Source: Thermoplasmata archaeon (GTDB taxonomy: Archaea; Thermoplasmatota; Thermoplasmata; Lutacidiplasmatales; UBA184). Taken from it: DNA of 64,000 bases. Each line of letters begins with the position of its first letter. Position 1 is the stretch's first letter. The stretch is from assembly GCA_021801925.1 (NCBI GenBank), contig JAKABH010000001.1, positions 7,964 to 71,963 on the forward strand, read 5' to 3'. A program made the translations under genes and the position numbers. Shown here in pieces: positions 1 to 9,424 of the stretch. Under the pieces are notes generated by a model, which did not search any database, was not told where the DNA came from, and worked only from the letters and a program-made list of their open reading frames with translations.

Positions 1-2
1 TG

Positions 3-386
3 ATCCCGGGTTCGATCCTCCTCGTCGCCGGGTTTCTGTACCTATTCTTCCCCTCCTCGCTTCTCGACAGCTGGGTCGGCCCGCTGGCGATCGTGCTGGC
101 GGCCCTGCTGGCGACGGGGATCGAGATCCCGTACTACCGGTGGGTGGCCCCGATCCACCGGCCGATGAGCACCACGAGCGCCGGTCTGACGGGGGAGGAG
201 GCGACGGTGCTGGTCGCGACCGAGCCGAACACGCTCCGGGGCAAGGTCCGGGTCCGTTCCGAGGTCTGGTCGGCGACCTCGGCCGTCCCGATCCCGGTCG
301 GCACCCGCGTCAAGGTCGTCCACGGGGAGGGGGTTTCGCTCCGCGTGGTGCCGATCGATCCCCCCCCTCCGCCGCCGACCTCGTAG
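3..386 (+). CDS. NfeD-like membrane protein (C-terminal OB-fold), 5' truncated by window edge
   Basis: Frame is open from the window start (IPGSILLVAGFLYLFF...). TM segments are followed by GKVRVRSEVWSATS...GTRVKVVHGEGVSLRV. Lies directly upstream of an SPFH gene, the classic NfeD-stomatin pair. Confidence 0.85.
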   Translation: MPGSILLVAGFLYLFFPSSLLDSWVGPLAIVLAALLATGIEIPYYRWVAPIHRPMSTTSAGLTGEEATVLVATEPNTLRGKVRVRSEVWSATSAVPIPVGTRVKVVHGEGVSLRVVPIDPPPPPPTS

Positions 387-440
387 GGAAAGCATAACAC
401 CCCCCCGCGGCTGCGGTCCTTCCGTCCGAGGACGTACACC

Positions 441-1703
441 GTGGACGCTGCGACCGCGACCCTCATCACCGTTGGGCTGTTTTTCTTCTTCCTGATCCTG
501 ATCGTCTTGCTCTACCGGGCGATCTACACGCTGCAGCCGTACCAGAACGGCATCCAGACGCTCTACGGATCGTACAAGCGGATCCTCAACCCGGGGTTCA
601 ACGTCGTGAGCCCGCTGTCGACGGTGATGAAGATCGACCTCCGTACCCAGGTCCTGGAGGTCCCCCGCCAGGAGGTCATCACCAAGGACAACTCCCCGAC
701 GAACGTCGATGCGATCATCTACATCAAGGTCGTCGACGCCCCGAAGGCGATCTTCCAGGTTCAGGACTACCACGTCGCCACGGTCGCCCTCGCCCAGACG
801 ACCCTGCGGTCGATCATCGGCGACATGGAGCTCGACGAGGTGCTCTACAACCGCGAGCGGATCAACACCCGGCTCCGGGACATCCTCGACGAGGCGACCG
901 ACAAGTGGGGCGTCCGCGTCGACGCGGTCGAGATCAAGGAGGTCGACCCGGTCGGTCCGGTCAAGGCGGCGATGGAGGAGCAGACCTCCGCCGAACGCCA
1001 GCGGCGGGCCGCGGTCCTGCGCGCGGACGGTGAGAAGCGGAGTGCGATCTTGGTCGCCGAGGGGAACAAACGGTCGCGCATCCTGCAGGCGGAGGGGGTC
1101 CGGCAATCCCAGATCCTCGAGGCCGAGGGGGCCCGGGTGGCGACGATCCTCGAGGCGCAGGGAGAGGCCCAGCGCCTGCGGATCCTCGCGCTCGGTGCCG
1201 GCGTCCTCGACTCGAAGGCGCTGACCGTCCTCTCGCTGGACACCGTCTCGAACCTGGGCAACGGACAAGCGACGAAGATCCTTTTCCCGTTCGAATTCTC
1301 GCGGATCGTGGAAGGGGCCGCCGAGTACCTTGGCGCGGGCCGGCAGGTCCCCGATCGCCCGCTCAACAGCCTATCCGAGCTCGAACACCAGGTCGGCACG
1401 ATGGACGAGATCTTGGGCCCGATCCCGAAGCAGGACGAGCTCATGAGCGAGATCCGCTCCATCGAGGAGGAGATCAAGGCCGAGACGGACGAGTCGACCG
1501 CCATGGCCGTCGGCGCCAAGTCCAAGGATTCCACGATCCCGGGTCTCCCCCAGCCGGACGTGGTCGCCCCGCCGCCCCCAGTGTCCCCCCCCGCGGGCCA
1601 CCCGGGCGCGGCGGCGCACCTGGTCCCCCCTCCGCCCCCGCCCGCATCGCCGGGCGCCCCCACGACCCCGGCGCGGCGACCCCCACCCCCCGAAGGGGCC
1701 TGA
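441..1703 (+). CDS. SPFH/stomatin-like (band 7, QmcA-type) protein with Pro-rich C-terminal tail
   Basis: N-terminal TM, QEVITKDN, LAQTTLRSIIGDMELDE, WGVRVDAVEIK, and AERQRRA/AEG coiled-coil repeats. Confidence 0.93.
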   Translation: MDAATATLITVGLFFFFLILIVLLYRAIYTLQPYQNGIQTLYGSYKRILNPGFNVVSPLSTVMKIDLRTQVLEVPRQEVITKDNSPTNVDAIIYIKVVDAPKAIFQVQDYHVATVALAQTTLRSIIGDMELDEVLYNRERINTRLRDILDEATDKWGVRVDAVEIKEVDPVGPVKAAMEEQTSAERQRRAAVLRADGEKRSAILVAEGNKRSRILQAEGVRQSQILEAEGARVATILEAQGEAQRLRILALGAGVLDSKALTVLSLDTVSNLGNGQATKILFPFEFSRIVEGAAEYLGAGRQVPDRPLNSLSELEHQVGTMDEILGPIPKQDELMSEIRSIEEEIKAETDESTAMAVGAKSKDSTIPGLPQPDVVAPPPPVSPPAGHPGAAAHLVPPPPPPASPGAPTTPARRPPPPEGA

Positions 1704-1726
1704 ACGCCCGGGCCGATCCCGCCGCC

Positions 1727-1731
1727 TATAA
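1727..1731 (+). promoter_or_regulatory. Putative TATA box for enoyl-CoA hydratase gene (leaderless spacing)
   Basis: TATAA in GC-rich context about 25 nt upstream of the ATG at 1756. Confidence 0.5.
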
Positions 1732-1755
1732 GGAGGCGGGGGGCTCCGCCTCCGC

Positions 1756-2550
1756 ATGGCATCCAACGTGCGGGTCGAGCGACGCGGAGCGGTCGAGGAA
1801 GTGCGGATCGCGCGCGCGGATCGGCTGAACGCGCTCGACGTGCCGACGTTCCGCGAGGTGCGCGCCGCGCTCCAGTCGGCCGCCCTCGACCGGGACGTCC
1901 GGTGCGTGCTGCTGACCGGCGACGGGCGGGCGTTTTCCGCCGGCGGGGACGTCGCCGCCATGGACGAGGCCCGGCAGCGGGGCGATCTGCCGAGACTGTT
2001 CCACGAACTCACCGGCGAACAGGAGTCGGCCGTCCGCGAAGTCGTCGGGATGCGGAAGCCGGTCGTCGCCGCCTTGCCCGGCGTCGCGGCCGGCGGCGGC
2101 TTCTCCCTGGCGCTCGCCGCCGACTGGAGGATCGGCTCCGAAGCGGCGGCGTTCGTGCCGGCGTTCCCCGGACTCGGCGCGGTCCCGGACGGGGGCCTTA
2201 CCTACTTCCTGCCCCACTACGTGGGGATCGGGCTCGCCCAGGAGATCCTGCTCACCAACGCCCGCCTGTCGGCCGACAGGGCGCGGGAGCTAGGGCTGCT
2301 GCACGAGATCGTCCCGTCGGCCGAACTCGGGGCGCGCGCCTGGGCGCGGGCGACAGAGTTCGCCGCCGGCCCGACGTTCGCCATCGGCTGGATGAAGCGG
2401 CTGATGCTCTCCGCCTTCTCGGGGAGCCTGGAATCGCAGATGATGCTCGAACGGCGGGGGGCGGTCGAGGCGGCCCGCGGCGCCGAACTGCCCGAGGGGA
2501 TCCGGGCGTTCCGGGAGAAGCGCCGGCCGACGTTCCCGCCCCCGCCGTGA
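1756..2550 (+). CDS. Enoyl-CoA hydratase/isomerase (crotonase family, PaaG-like)
   Basis: RLNAL, AFSAGGDV, KPVVAALPGVAAGGGFSLALAAD, VPDGG, EGIRAFREKRRPTF. Confidence 0.92.
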   Translation: MASNVRVERRGAVEEVRIARADRLNALDVPTFREVRAALQSAALDRDVRCVLLTGDGRAFSAGGDVAAMDEARQRGDLPRLFHELTGEQESAVREVVGMRKPVVAALPGVAAGGGFSLALAADWRIGSEAAAFVPAFPGLGAVPDGGLTYFLPHYVGIGLAQEILLTNARLSADRARELGLLHEIVPSAELGARAWARATEFAAGPTFAIGWMKRLMLSAFSGSLESQMMLERRGAVEAARGAELPEGIRAFREKRRPTFPPPP

Positions 2551-2557
2551 CGTTCGG

Positions 2558-3904
2558 CTATCGATCGGGCGTCGCCGAAAGCGGGGCGAGCGTGGGTCCC
2601 TCCCCGCCGAACGGGCGCACGATCCACGCCTCGAGCCGCCCCCGGACCGTCGGCCACTCCGGGGCGAGGATGCTGAAGTACTCGGAGGTGCGGTAGGTCT
2701 CCCCCTCGAGGCGCACGTGCTCCCGCAGCGCCCCCTCGGGCACGGCGCCGAGGCGCCGGATCGCCCGCTGCGAGCGCTCGTTCCGCCGGTCGGCCTTCAG
2801 CTGCACCCGATGGACCCGCTCCGTCTCGAACGCGTGGCGGAGCAGGAGGTACTTCGCCTCCGTGTTCACGGGCGTCCTCCAGACGGAGGGGTGGAGCCAG
2901 GTCCCGATCTCGACGCCGCGGTCGCCGCGACGGATGTCGAGATATCGGATCGTCCCGACCGTGCGGGGCGGGTCGCCGACCTGGACCACGAACGGGAGAA
3001 GCTCGCCCCGCGCCCGCTCCGCGAGAAACTCCTCCACGAGCCGGCGCATGGCGTCGGGGGAGTCCCCGTGCCGGATCCGCATGAACTCCCAGATCGCGGG
3101 ATCGGCGCCGGCGTCGATCAGCCCGGCCAGGTGCGAGGCCGCGAGCGGGACGAGCCGGACCCATCGTCCCCGGAGCTCGACGGCGTCGCGGAACGAGGTG
3201 GCGGGTAGTACCGTGACCGGTGGTCGGTCGCTCCCCGGCCCGACCGATCCGTCCGGGGCGGCCGGGGGGTAGGAGGAGGCCGCCCTCGGCGGGCGGGGGT
3301 TCCAGGGCCGTTCGAGCGCCGAGTCGAGCCGGGCGCGGGCGGCGGGCCACTCCGCCTCGAGCACGGCGAAGTAGGCGGTCGAGCGGTACGTGCCGTCGGC
3401 CCGCAGGGAATCGTCCCGCAACGTCGCCTCGCGGACGGCCCCGAGCCGCTCGATCGAGCGGAGGGCATCGAGGTCCCGTTCGTCGGTCCGGAACTGTACC
3501 CGGTGCGCCCGCTCCGTTTCGAACGCGTGGCCGAGCAGCAGCCGCGAAACTTCGATCTCCGCCGGCGAACCCTCCTCGGCCGGATCGAAGAGCGTCTCCC
3601 CGATCTCGACGACCCCGTTCGGACGGTCGATCGGACCGAAGCCGGTCGCGCCCAGGATCCGACCTCCCGTGCGGGAGCAAATCGCAACGACCTGGGCCCG
3701 TCCGGCGGCCTGTTCGGCCAGGACCGCCCGTATCGCCTCCGCGGCCCCGGCGCCCGTCCGACCGAAGCGGATCCAACCGGTCCGGACGATAGCGGGACCG
3801 CGCAGCAGGGCCGCCAACGGCTCGGCATGGTCGACCGACAACGGGACCAATTCCACGAACCGGCCGGTCAGGGCAAGCGGGGAGCGGAAGCTCGATTCGT
3901 CCAC
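2558..3904 (-). CDS. Tandem-domain GNAT N-acetyltransferase (RimJ/RimL-like, two repeats)
   Basis: Two homologous halves (LTGRFVELVPL/LRGRWVRLVPL; VEIG..; HAFETER.HRVQ; AIRRLGAV.E..LR) joined by a Pro-rich linker. Confidence 0.88.
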   Translation of the reverse strand: MDESSFRSPLALTGRFVELVPLSVDHAEPLAALLRGPAIVRTGWIRFGRTGAGAAEAIRAVLAEQAAGRAQVVAICSRTGGRILGATGFGPIDRPNGVVEIGETLFDPAEEGSPAEIEVSRLLLGHAFETERAHRVQFRTDERDLDALRSIERLGAVREATLRDDSLRADGTYRSTAYFAVLEAEWPAARARLDSALERPWNPRPPRAASSYPPAAPDGSVGPGSDRPPVTVLPATSFRDAVELRGRWVRLVPLAASHLAGLIDAGADPAIWEFMRIRHGDSPDAMRRLVEEFLAERARGELLPFVVQVGDPPRTVGTIRYLDIRRGDRGVEIGTWLHPSVWRTPVNTEAKYLLLRHAFETERVHRVQLKADRRNERSQRAIRRLGAVPEGALREHVRLEGETYRTSEYFSILAPEWPTVRGRLEAWIVRPFGGEGPTLAPLSATPDR

Positions 3905-4001
3905 CCGGCCCCGAACGGGCGGGCGGCTAAAGCCCGGCGCCCCGGTCGCCGTCGAATCCGGGGGGCGTCACCGTCAGGAACCGAAGCGAATCCGGCAGGG
4001 C

Positions 4002-4008
4002 TTAAATA
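4002..4008 (+). promoter_or_regulatory. Putative TATA box of the complex I-like operon
   Basis: TTAAATA upstream of nuoA; GGAGGTG SD-like element at about 4046-4052. Confidence 0.55.
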
Positions 4009-4049
4009 ACGTGGAAGAGTCGCACGGGACGCTAGCGGTCTAGCCGGAG

Positions 4050-4424
4050 GTGGAGGCAGTGGAAGCAGGGGTCACAACCTTCCTGGTGTTCGTCGGGATC
4101 GCGGCCGTCTTCGGCGTTGGATCGATCGTCGCCAACCGGACCCTCGGCGCTCCCCCCCGCCGGTCGTACCTGCAGCGGACGACGTACGAATGCGGCGAGG
4201 AGGCGGAGGGGGAGGCGCAGATCGACTTCCCCACCCAGCACTACACGTTCGCGATCGTTTTCGTGGCGGTCGACGTCCTCGGCTTTCTGCTCGCCCTCTG
4301 GGGGCTCACCTTCCGGGGCGTCAACTCGAGCTGGTACCCGGTCTTCATCGCGCTGGCCTTCACCGCCCTAGCGGTCACGGGAATTTACTACGCGCTGAGC
4401 GGCGAAAAGCGGTGGGTCGTATGA
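4050..4424 (+). CDS. nuoA: NADH-quinone oxidoreductase/Fpo subunit A
   Basis: TYECGEE motif, 3 TMs, [10 protein letters not shown]. Alternative GTG start at 4059 after the SD. Confidence 0.92.
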   Translation: MEAVEAGVTTFLVFVGIAAVFGVGSIVANRTLGAPPRRSYLQRTTYECGEEAEGEAQIDFPTQHYTFAIVFVAVDVLGFLLALWGLTFRGVNSSWYPVFIALAFTALAVTGIYYALSGEKRWVV

Positions 4425-5044
4425 GCGCCCCGCCCGCCCCCCCGATGCCGCGAACCGCCGGATCGGCCGCCGAGGCGTATCGGCTCGAGGGGGAGCTCCC
4501 GATGGTCGAGCAGCCCGCGGTGCCGTTCGTCGAGATCGAGACGGTCCGGGCCCGCGAGTTCATCCCCGCCGCCAAGGAGGCGTTCGGCGCGCTGATCGCC
4601 GAGCAGGGGCAGGCGAAGCTGATCCGCCCGACGTTCAACTGGGCCGGCCGAAACTCGCTGTTCCCCCTCCACTGGGGCCTCGCCTGCTGCGCCATCGAGT
4701 TTGCCAGCGCCTTCTCCGCCCGATGGGACTCGGAGCGGTTCGGGATCGTCCCCCGTTCCTCCCCCCGGCAATGCGACCTCATGATCGTCAACGGCACCGT
4801 GACATGGAAGGTCGCCCACAAGCTCATCACCCTCTACGAACAGATGCCCGAACCGAAGTGGGTGATCGCGATGGGGAACTGCGCCACCGGCGGCGGGCCG
4901 TTCCGGACCGCCTACTCGGTCGTCCCCGGCGTCGACAAGCTCGTCCCCGTCGACGTCTACATCGCGGGCTGCCCGCCCCGGCCCGAGGCGATGATCGACG
5001 GGATCCTCCGACTGGAAGAACTGATCCGGGAGCGCCGGGAGTAG
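4421..5044 (+). CDS. nuoB: NADH-quinone oxidoreductase/Fpo subunit B
   Basis: [54 protein letters not shown] overlap with nuoA. Confidence 0.95.
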   Translation: MSAPPAPPMPRTAGSAAEAYRLEGELPMVEQPAVPFVEIETVRAREFIPAAKEAFGALIAEQGQAKLIRPTFNWAGRNSLFPLHWGLACCAIEFASAFSARWDSERFGIVPRSSPRQCDLMIVNGTVTWKVAHKLITLYEQMPEPKWVIAMGNCATGGGPFRTAYSVVPGVDKLVPVDVYIAGCPPRPEAMIDGILRLEELIRERRE

Positions 5045-5073
5045 GGGCCGCGGCGCCGGCGCGGGGAGCGGAG

Positions 5074-5550
5074 ATGCAGTCGGACGACGTGGCCCGAACG
5101 GTCGCCGCCCAGATCGGCGAGCGCTTCCTCGGATTGGAGCCGTTTCCCCGGACCGCCGGGCGGCTCCGGTTCCGCTCGGAGGCGGCGCTGCCGCTCTTTC
5201 ACACCGTCAAGGAGCAGCTCGGCTTCCACCACCTGTCGATGGTCGGCGGGATCGACTGGGTGACGCATCGCGAGGTCTTCTACGTCGTCTGGTCGGACGA
5301 TCGCCGCCAGTACCTGCTCCTCTCCGCCGATCTTCCCGCCGCCGCACCGCACATCGAGTCGGCCGCCTCGGTCTGGCCGGCGGCGAACTGGCACGAGCGG
5401 GAGACGTGGGAGCTCGTCGACATCCAGTTCGACCACCACCCGGACCTGCGGCACCTCCTCCTCCCCGACGGCTACGAGGCCCACCCGCTGCTCCGCTCGT
5501 TCCAACTCCACGAGCCGGAGGAACTGGAGGTGAAGCAGCGCAGTGTCTGA
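5074..5550 (+). CDS. nuoC: NADH-quinone oxidoreductase/Fpo subunit C
   Basis: WPAANWHERETWELVDIQFDHHPDLRHLLLPD...HPLLR. Confidence 0.93.
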   Translation: MQSDDVARTVAAQIGERFLGLEPFPRTAGRLRFRSEAALPLFHTVKEQLGFHHLSMVGGIDWVTHREVFYVVWSDDRRQYLLLSADLPAAAPHIESAASVWPAANWHERETWELVDIQFDHHPDLRHLLLPDGYEAHPLLRSFQLHEPEELEVKQRSV

Positions 5551-6688
5551 GATGTGGATCAACATGGGGCCCCAGCACCCCATGACGCACGGCCTCTGGA
5601 ACCTCCGCGTGAAGATCGACGGGGAGCTCATCACCGACTGCGACCCCGAGATGGGCTATCTGCACCGCGGGATCGAGAAGATCAGCGAGGACCGGCACTA
5701 CAACGAGGTGATCACCCTCATGGACCGGACCTGCTACGTCGCGGGATTCGCGTGGGAGCACCTCTACGTCCTCGCCGCGGAGGAGGCGCTCCACATCCAG
5801 CCGCCCGAGCGGGCGGAGTACCTCCGCACCCTCTGCGAGGAGTTCCAGCGGATCGGCTCCCACCTCATGTGGTACGCCGCGTTCGTCCAGGACATCGGGC
5901 TGATGAGCCCGTTCCTCTACGGCATGCGCGACCGCGACCTGGTCCTCGACCTCTTCCAGAGCTACACCGGGGCGCGCATGACCTACGAGTACATGCGGGT
6001 CGGCGGGGTGCGCAACGACCTCCCGCCCGGCTTCACGGGCCACGCCCGCAAGGTCCTGGACTGGCTCAGCGACCGCTTCGTCGAATACGACCGGCTCTGC
6101 CTCGGCTCCGACATCTTCCGAAAGCGCTGCGACGGGCTGGGGGTCCTCTCCGCGGCCGACTGCGTCGCGACCGGCGTCACCGGGCCGATGCTCCGCTCCG
6201 CCGGCGTGAAGCGGGACGTGCGACGGGACCGGCCCTACGCGGCCTACCCGCAGCTCGACTTCGACGTCGCCGTCGCGGACGGGGCCGACGTGACCGCCCG
6301 CTACCTCGTGCGGATGGAGGAGATGCGGCAGTCGGTCCGCCTCCTCCGCCAGGTCCTGGACTGGCTCGACCACCACCCGGGCCCGGTCCTCGCGGATCGC
6401 CTCCCCCGGTGGCTCGGCGCCCCGTACGCCCCGGTCGGCAAGGAGGAGTACGTCCTCAAGCGGAACTACCCCAAGGGGGTCGGCTTCTCCTCCATCGAGG
6501 AGCCTCACGGGGAGGCGCAGGCCTACGTGGTGAACGAGGGATCCGAGCATCCGTACCGCGTGAAGTTCCGCTCCCCCGTCTTCGCGAACCTCTCCGCGAC
6601 GCGCCACTACCTGGTCGGCTACCGCGTCGCCGACATCCCGCCGATCATGGGCAGCGTCGACATCTGCGTCGGGGAGGTCGACCGGTAG
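5543..6688 (+). CDS. nuoD: NADH-quinone oxidoreductase/Fpo subunit D
   Basis: NMGPQHPMTHG, GYLHRGIEK, GVTGPMLRS, C-terminal DICVGEVDR. No NiFe CxxC pairs. Confidence 0.95.
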   Translation: MSEMWINMGPQHPMTHGLWNLRVKIDGELITDCDPEMGYLHRGIEKISEDRHYNEVITLMDRTCYVAGFAWEHLYVLAAEEALHIQPPERAEYLRTLCEEFQRIGSHLMWYAAFVQDIGLMSPFLYGMRDRDLVLDLFQSYTGARMTYEYMRVGGVRNDLPPGFTGHARKVLDWLSDRFVEYDRLCLGSDIFRKRCDGLGVLSAADCVATGVTGPMLRSAGVKRDVRRDRPYAAYPQLDFDVAVADGADVTARYLVRMEEMRQSVRLLRQVLDWLDHHPGPVLADRLPRWLGAPYAPVGKEEYVLKRNYPKGVGFSSIEEPHGEAQAYVVNEGSEHPYRVKFRSPVFANLSATRHYLVGYRVADIPPIMGSVDICVGEVDR

Positions 6689-6694
6689 GCGCCG

Positions 6695-7825
6695 ATGTCG
6701 AGCCTGTCGCTCTACGGGGTCTCCTTCGACCTCGTCCACCTCCTGCTCACGTCGATCGGCTCCGTCCTGCCGTACCCGCTCGACGCCTGGATCACCAACG
6801 GCACGCTCGTCCTCGTCCTCTCGGTCCTGGTCTTCGCCGCGATCCTCCTCGCCGCGAGCATGATCAACACCATCGTGCTGATCTGGTGGGAACGGAAGCT
6901 CCTCGGCCGCTTCATGGACCGGCGCGGCGCGATGCACGTGGGCTACGCGGGGCTCCTCCAGAACTTCGCGGACGGCCTCAAGCTGTTCCGCAAGCACACC
7001 TTCAAGCCGGCCGAGGCGGACACCCTCGGCTTCTTCTCGGGCCCCACCGCCTACATGGTCACGTCGATGATCCTCTTCGGCGTCCTGCCGATCTCCACGG
7101 GTTGGAACTCGGGGTCGCTCCCGCTGAGCCTGCTTCTTGCCCTCGCGATCTTCTCCTTCGCCCCGCTGTTCATCTTCGTCAGCGCGTGGTCGTCCAACAA
7201 CAAGTACTCCCTGATGGGCGGGATGCGCTCCGCCGCCCAGATGATCGCCTACGAGGTGCCGCTCCTGCTGGCGGTCGTCGCCGTCGTGATCGTCTCGGGG
7301 TCGTTCGACCTCACGACGATCGTCACGGAGCAGCAGAACTACTGGTTCTGGGGCCCGCTGTTCCTCGCGCTGGTCGTCTTCGTGGCGGGGATGCTCGCGG
7401 AGATGGAGCGGATCCCGTTCGACCTTCCCGAGGCGGAAGCCGAGCTCGTGGAGGGGTGGAACACCGAGTACGGCGGCATGCTGTTCGCCTTCTTCATGCT
7501 CGCCGACTACCTCCGCGGCCTGGTCGGGAGCTTCCTGGTCGTCCTCCTGTTCCTCGGGGGCTGGACGATGCCGAGCTGGGTGCCGGGGGCGCTCACCAAC
7601 TTCCCGCTCGCCGGGATCTTCTGGTTCTTGGTGAAGACCTACCTGGTCTTCGGGCTCTTCGTCTGGATCCGGGCGTCGCTGCCCCGGGTGCGGACCGACC
7701 AGTTGCTGCGCGTCGGCTGGAACCGGATGATCCCGCTGAGCCTGGCGGCGGTCTTCCTGGCCGCGGCGCTGGTGACCGTCAAGTGCCTCCCCGTCTTCGG
7801 CTGCCTGCCGTCCCCGGGGGTGTGA
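6695..7825 (+). CDS. nuoH: NADH-quinone oxidoreductase/Fpo subunit H
   Basis: ERKLLGRFMDRRG, LLQNFADGLKL, SNNKYSLMGGMRSAAQMIAYE, RIPFDLPEAEAELVEG. Confidence 0.96.
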   Translation: MSSLSLYGVSFDLVHLLLTSIGSVLPYPLDAWITNGTLVLVLSVLVFAAILLAASMINTIVLIWWERKLLGRFMDRRGAMHVGYAGLLQNFADGLKLFRKHTFKPAEADTLGFFSGPTAYMVTSMILFGVLPISTGWNSGSLPLSLLLALAIFSFAPLFIFVSAWSSNNKYSLMGGMRSAAQMIAYEVPLLLAVVAVVIVSGSFDLTTIVTEQQNYWFWGPLFLALVVFVAGMLAEMERIPFDLPEAEAELVEGWNTEYGGMLFAFFMLADYLRGLVGSFLVVLLFLGGWTMPSWVPGALTNFPLAGIFWFLVKTYLVFGLFVWIRASLPRVRTDQLLRVGWNRMIPLSLAAVFLAAALVTVKCLPVFGCLPSPGV

Positions 7826-7835
7826 GAGCCGACCG

Positions 7836-8615
7836 ATGACCGAACCGCTCACCGCGACCGAGAAGACGTCCGACAACCCGATCCTGTGGGTCGCGAAGCC
7901 GATGGTGACGGCCGCCCGCCAGTTCGCCCGGAGCCTGCTCCACCCGTCGACGGTCGTCTATCCGTTCGAGCGGCTCGAGGACCCCAAGTTCCGGACCGAG
8001 GTCGGGATCGAGTCCGGCAAGCCGATCGGGGTCGGGCCGATCTGGGACAACTACCGGGGGGTCCACGCGCTCAACATCGACACGTGCATCAGCTGCAACC
8101 TCTGCGCGTTCTCCTGCCCCGACCTGTGCATCGACATGGTGACGGTCCCGGGCGGCGATCCGAAGCATCCGAAGAAGTGCCCCCAGATCGACTACGGGAA
8201 GTGCAGCTACTGCGGCTTCTGCTCGGACGCCTGCCCCGAGGGATGCCTGTCGATGACGACCCGCTACGAGCTCTCCGTCCACTCGCGCCGGGAGATGGTC
8301 TTCCCGCCGGAGAAGCTGTTCGGGATCTACCAGCAGAAGCTCCCGATGAACCCGATCCGCGTCGAGCGGCCGGCGAACGAGGACCGCATCGTCCTCGAGC
8401 CGCCGCTGTGCATCGGATGCAACGCCTGTTCGCGGGACTGCCCGACGAACTGCATCACGATGATGGAGATCCCGAAGCCGGAAGCGAAACCCGGCGAGAA
8501 GCTGCCGAAGCGCATCTGGAAGGAGCCGGTGATCAACGACTCCGATTGCGTCCGGTGCGGCACGTGCATCAGCGTCTGCCCGAAGGAGTGTCTGTTCTGG
8601 GGGAGTCGGAAGTGA
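7836..8615 (+). CDS. nuoI: NADH-quinone oxidoreductase/Fpo subunit I with extra C-terminal 2x[4Fe-4S] ferredoxin domain
   Basis: TVVYPFE, YRGVH, four CxxCxxCxxxCP motifs; position between nuoH and nuoJ. Confidence 0.92.
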   Translation: MTEPLTATEKTSDNPILWVAKPMVTAARQFARSLLHPSTVVYPFERLEDPKFRTEVGIESGKPIGVGPIWDNYRGVHALNIDTCISCNLCAFSCPDLCIDMVTVPGGDPKHPKKCPQIDYGKCSYCGFCSDACPEGCLSMTTRYELSVHSRREMVFPPEKLFGIYQQKLPMNPIRVERPANEDRIVLEPPLCIGCNACSRDCPTNCITMMEIPKPEAKPGEKLPKRIWKEPVINDSDCVRCGTCISVCPKECLFWGSRK

Positions 8616-9100
8616 ACCTCGGGGAACTCGCGTTCCTCGCGCTCGCCGCCGTCGCCGTCGCGACGGCGCTCGCGGCGCTGCTCGTCCGCGAGCTCGTCCA
8701 CACGATCCTCTGGATCTCGGTCTTCTTTGTCGACCTCTCGGCGATCTACTTCCTCCTCGCCGCGCCGTTCCTGGGCGTCCTGCAGCTCGGCGTCTACGCC
8801 GGCGCCGTCACCGTCCTGCTCCTCTTCGGCATCATGGTGACGCGGAAGCGGATCTTCTCCCGGGAGGCCGCCGCCGGCCTCGGCCCGGTCCCGCTCGCCC
8901 TCGCGGCGGTGCTGGTCATCTTCCTCGTCTCCGCCGTCGGCCAACTCCCCGCGGGAACGACCCCCGTGACCGGCTACGACCCGTCGGCGCTCTCCGCGGC
9001 GCTGTTCGACACCTACGGCCCCTACCTGCTCCTCCTCGGGCTCGTCATGCTCGGCGGCGTCGCCGGGGCGATCTACCTCGTCCGGGAGGGCCGCGAGTGA
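8612..9100 (+). CDS. nuoJ: NADH-quinone oxidoreductase/Fpo subunit J
   Basis: GTG start overlapping the nuoI stop; LAAPFLGVLQLGVYAGAVTVLLLFGIM. Confidence 0.92.
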   Translation: MNLGELAFLALAAVAVATALAALLVRELVHTILWISVFFVDLSAIYFLLAAPFLGVLQLGVYAGAVTVLLLFGIMVTRKRIFSREAAAGLGPVPLALAAVLVIFLVSAVGQLPAGTTPVTGYDPSALSAALFDTYGPYLLLLGLVMLGGVAGAIYLVREGRE

Positions 9101-9414
9101 CGACCCTTCCGGAGAGCGGCTTCCTGCTCCTCTCGGGGCTGCTGCTCGGGGTCGGGGTCTTCGGCCTGCTCACGCGCCGCAACTTCATCCTGGTCCTCAT
9201 CGCCCTCGAGATCGCGATGAACGCCACGATCCTCAACTTCGTCTACTTCGCGGCGTTCGCCCCGCACGCGGCCGGGCTCTCCGGCCAGGCGATCGCCGTC
9301 GTGCTGATCGGCTTCGCGGCGACCGAGGTCGCCGTCGGGCTCGCGATCGTGCTCGGCCTCAACCGCCTCAAGGGAACGATCGACGTCGCCCAGGGAAACC
9401 TCCTCAAGGAGTAG
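9097..9414 (+). CDS. nuoK: NADH-quinone oxidoreductase/Fpo subunit K
   Basis: GLLTRRNFILVLIALEIAMNA, AATEVAVGLAIV. Confidence 0.94.
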   Translation: MTTLPESGFLLLSGLLLGVGVFGLLTRRNFILVLIALEIAMNATILNFVYFAAFAPHAAGLSGQAIAVVLIGFAATEVAVGLAIVLGLNRLKGTIDVAQGNLLKE

Positions 9415-9424
9415 GCACCGACCG

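Noticed and set aside
4190-4420. Long N-terminal extensions given by the ORF track (nuoB, nuoC, nuoJ, many r-proteins, ilvA, amidohydrolase)
   Set aside because: They overlap upstream genes in another frame; starts were reassigned to SD-preceded or stop-overlapping codons where homology begins
4421-6688. Group 4 [NiFe]-hydrogenase interpretation of the B/C/D subunits
   Set aside because: The D subunit lacks both CxxC Ni-binding pairs (has RTCY and DICV only), and B has the tandem CC of complex I
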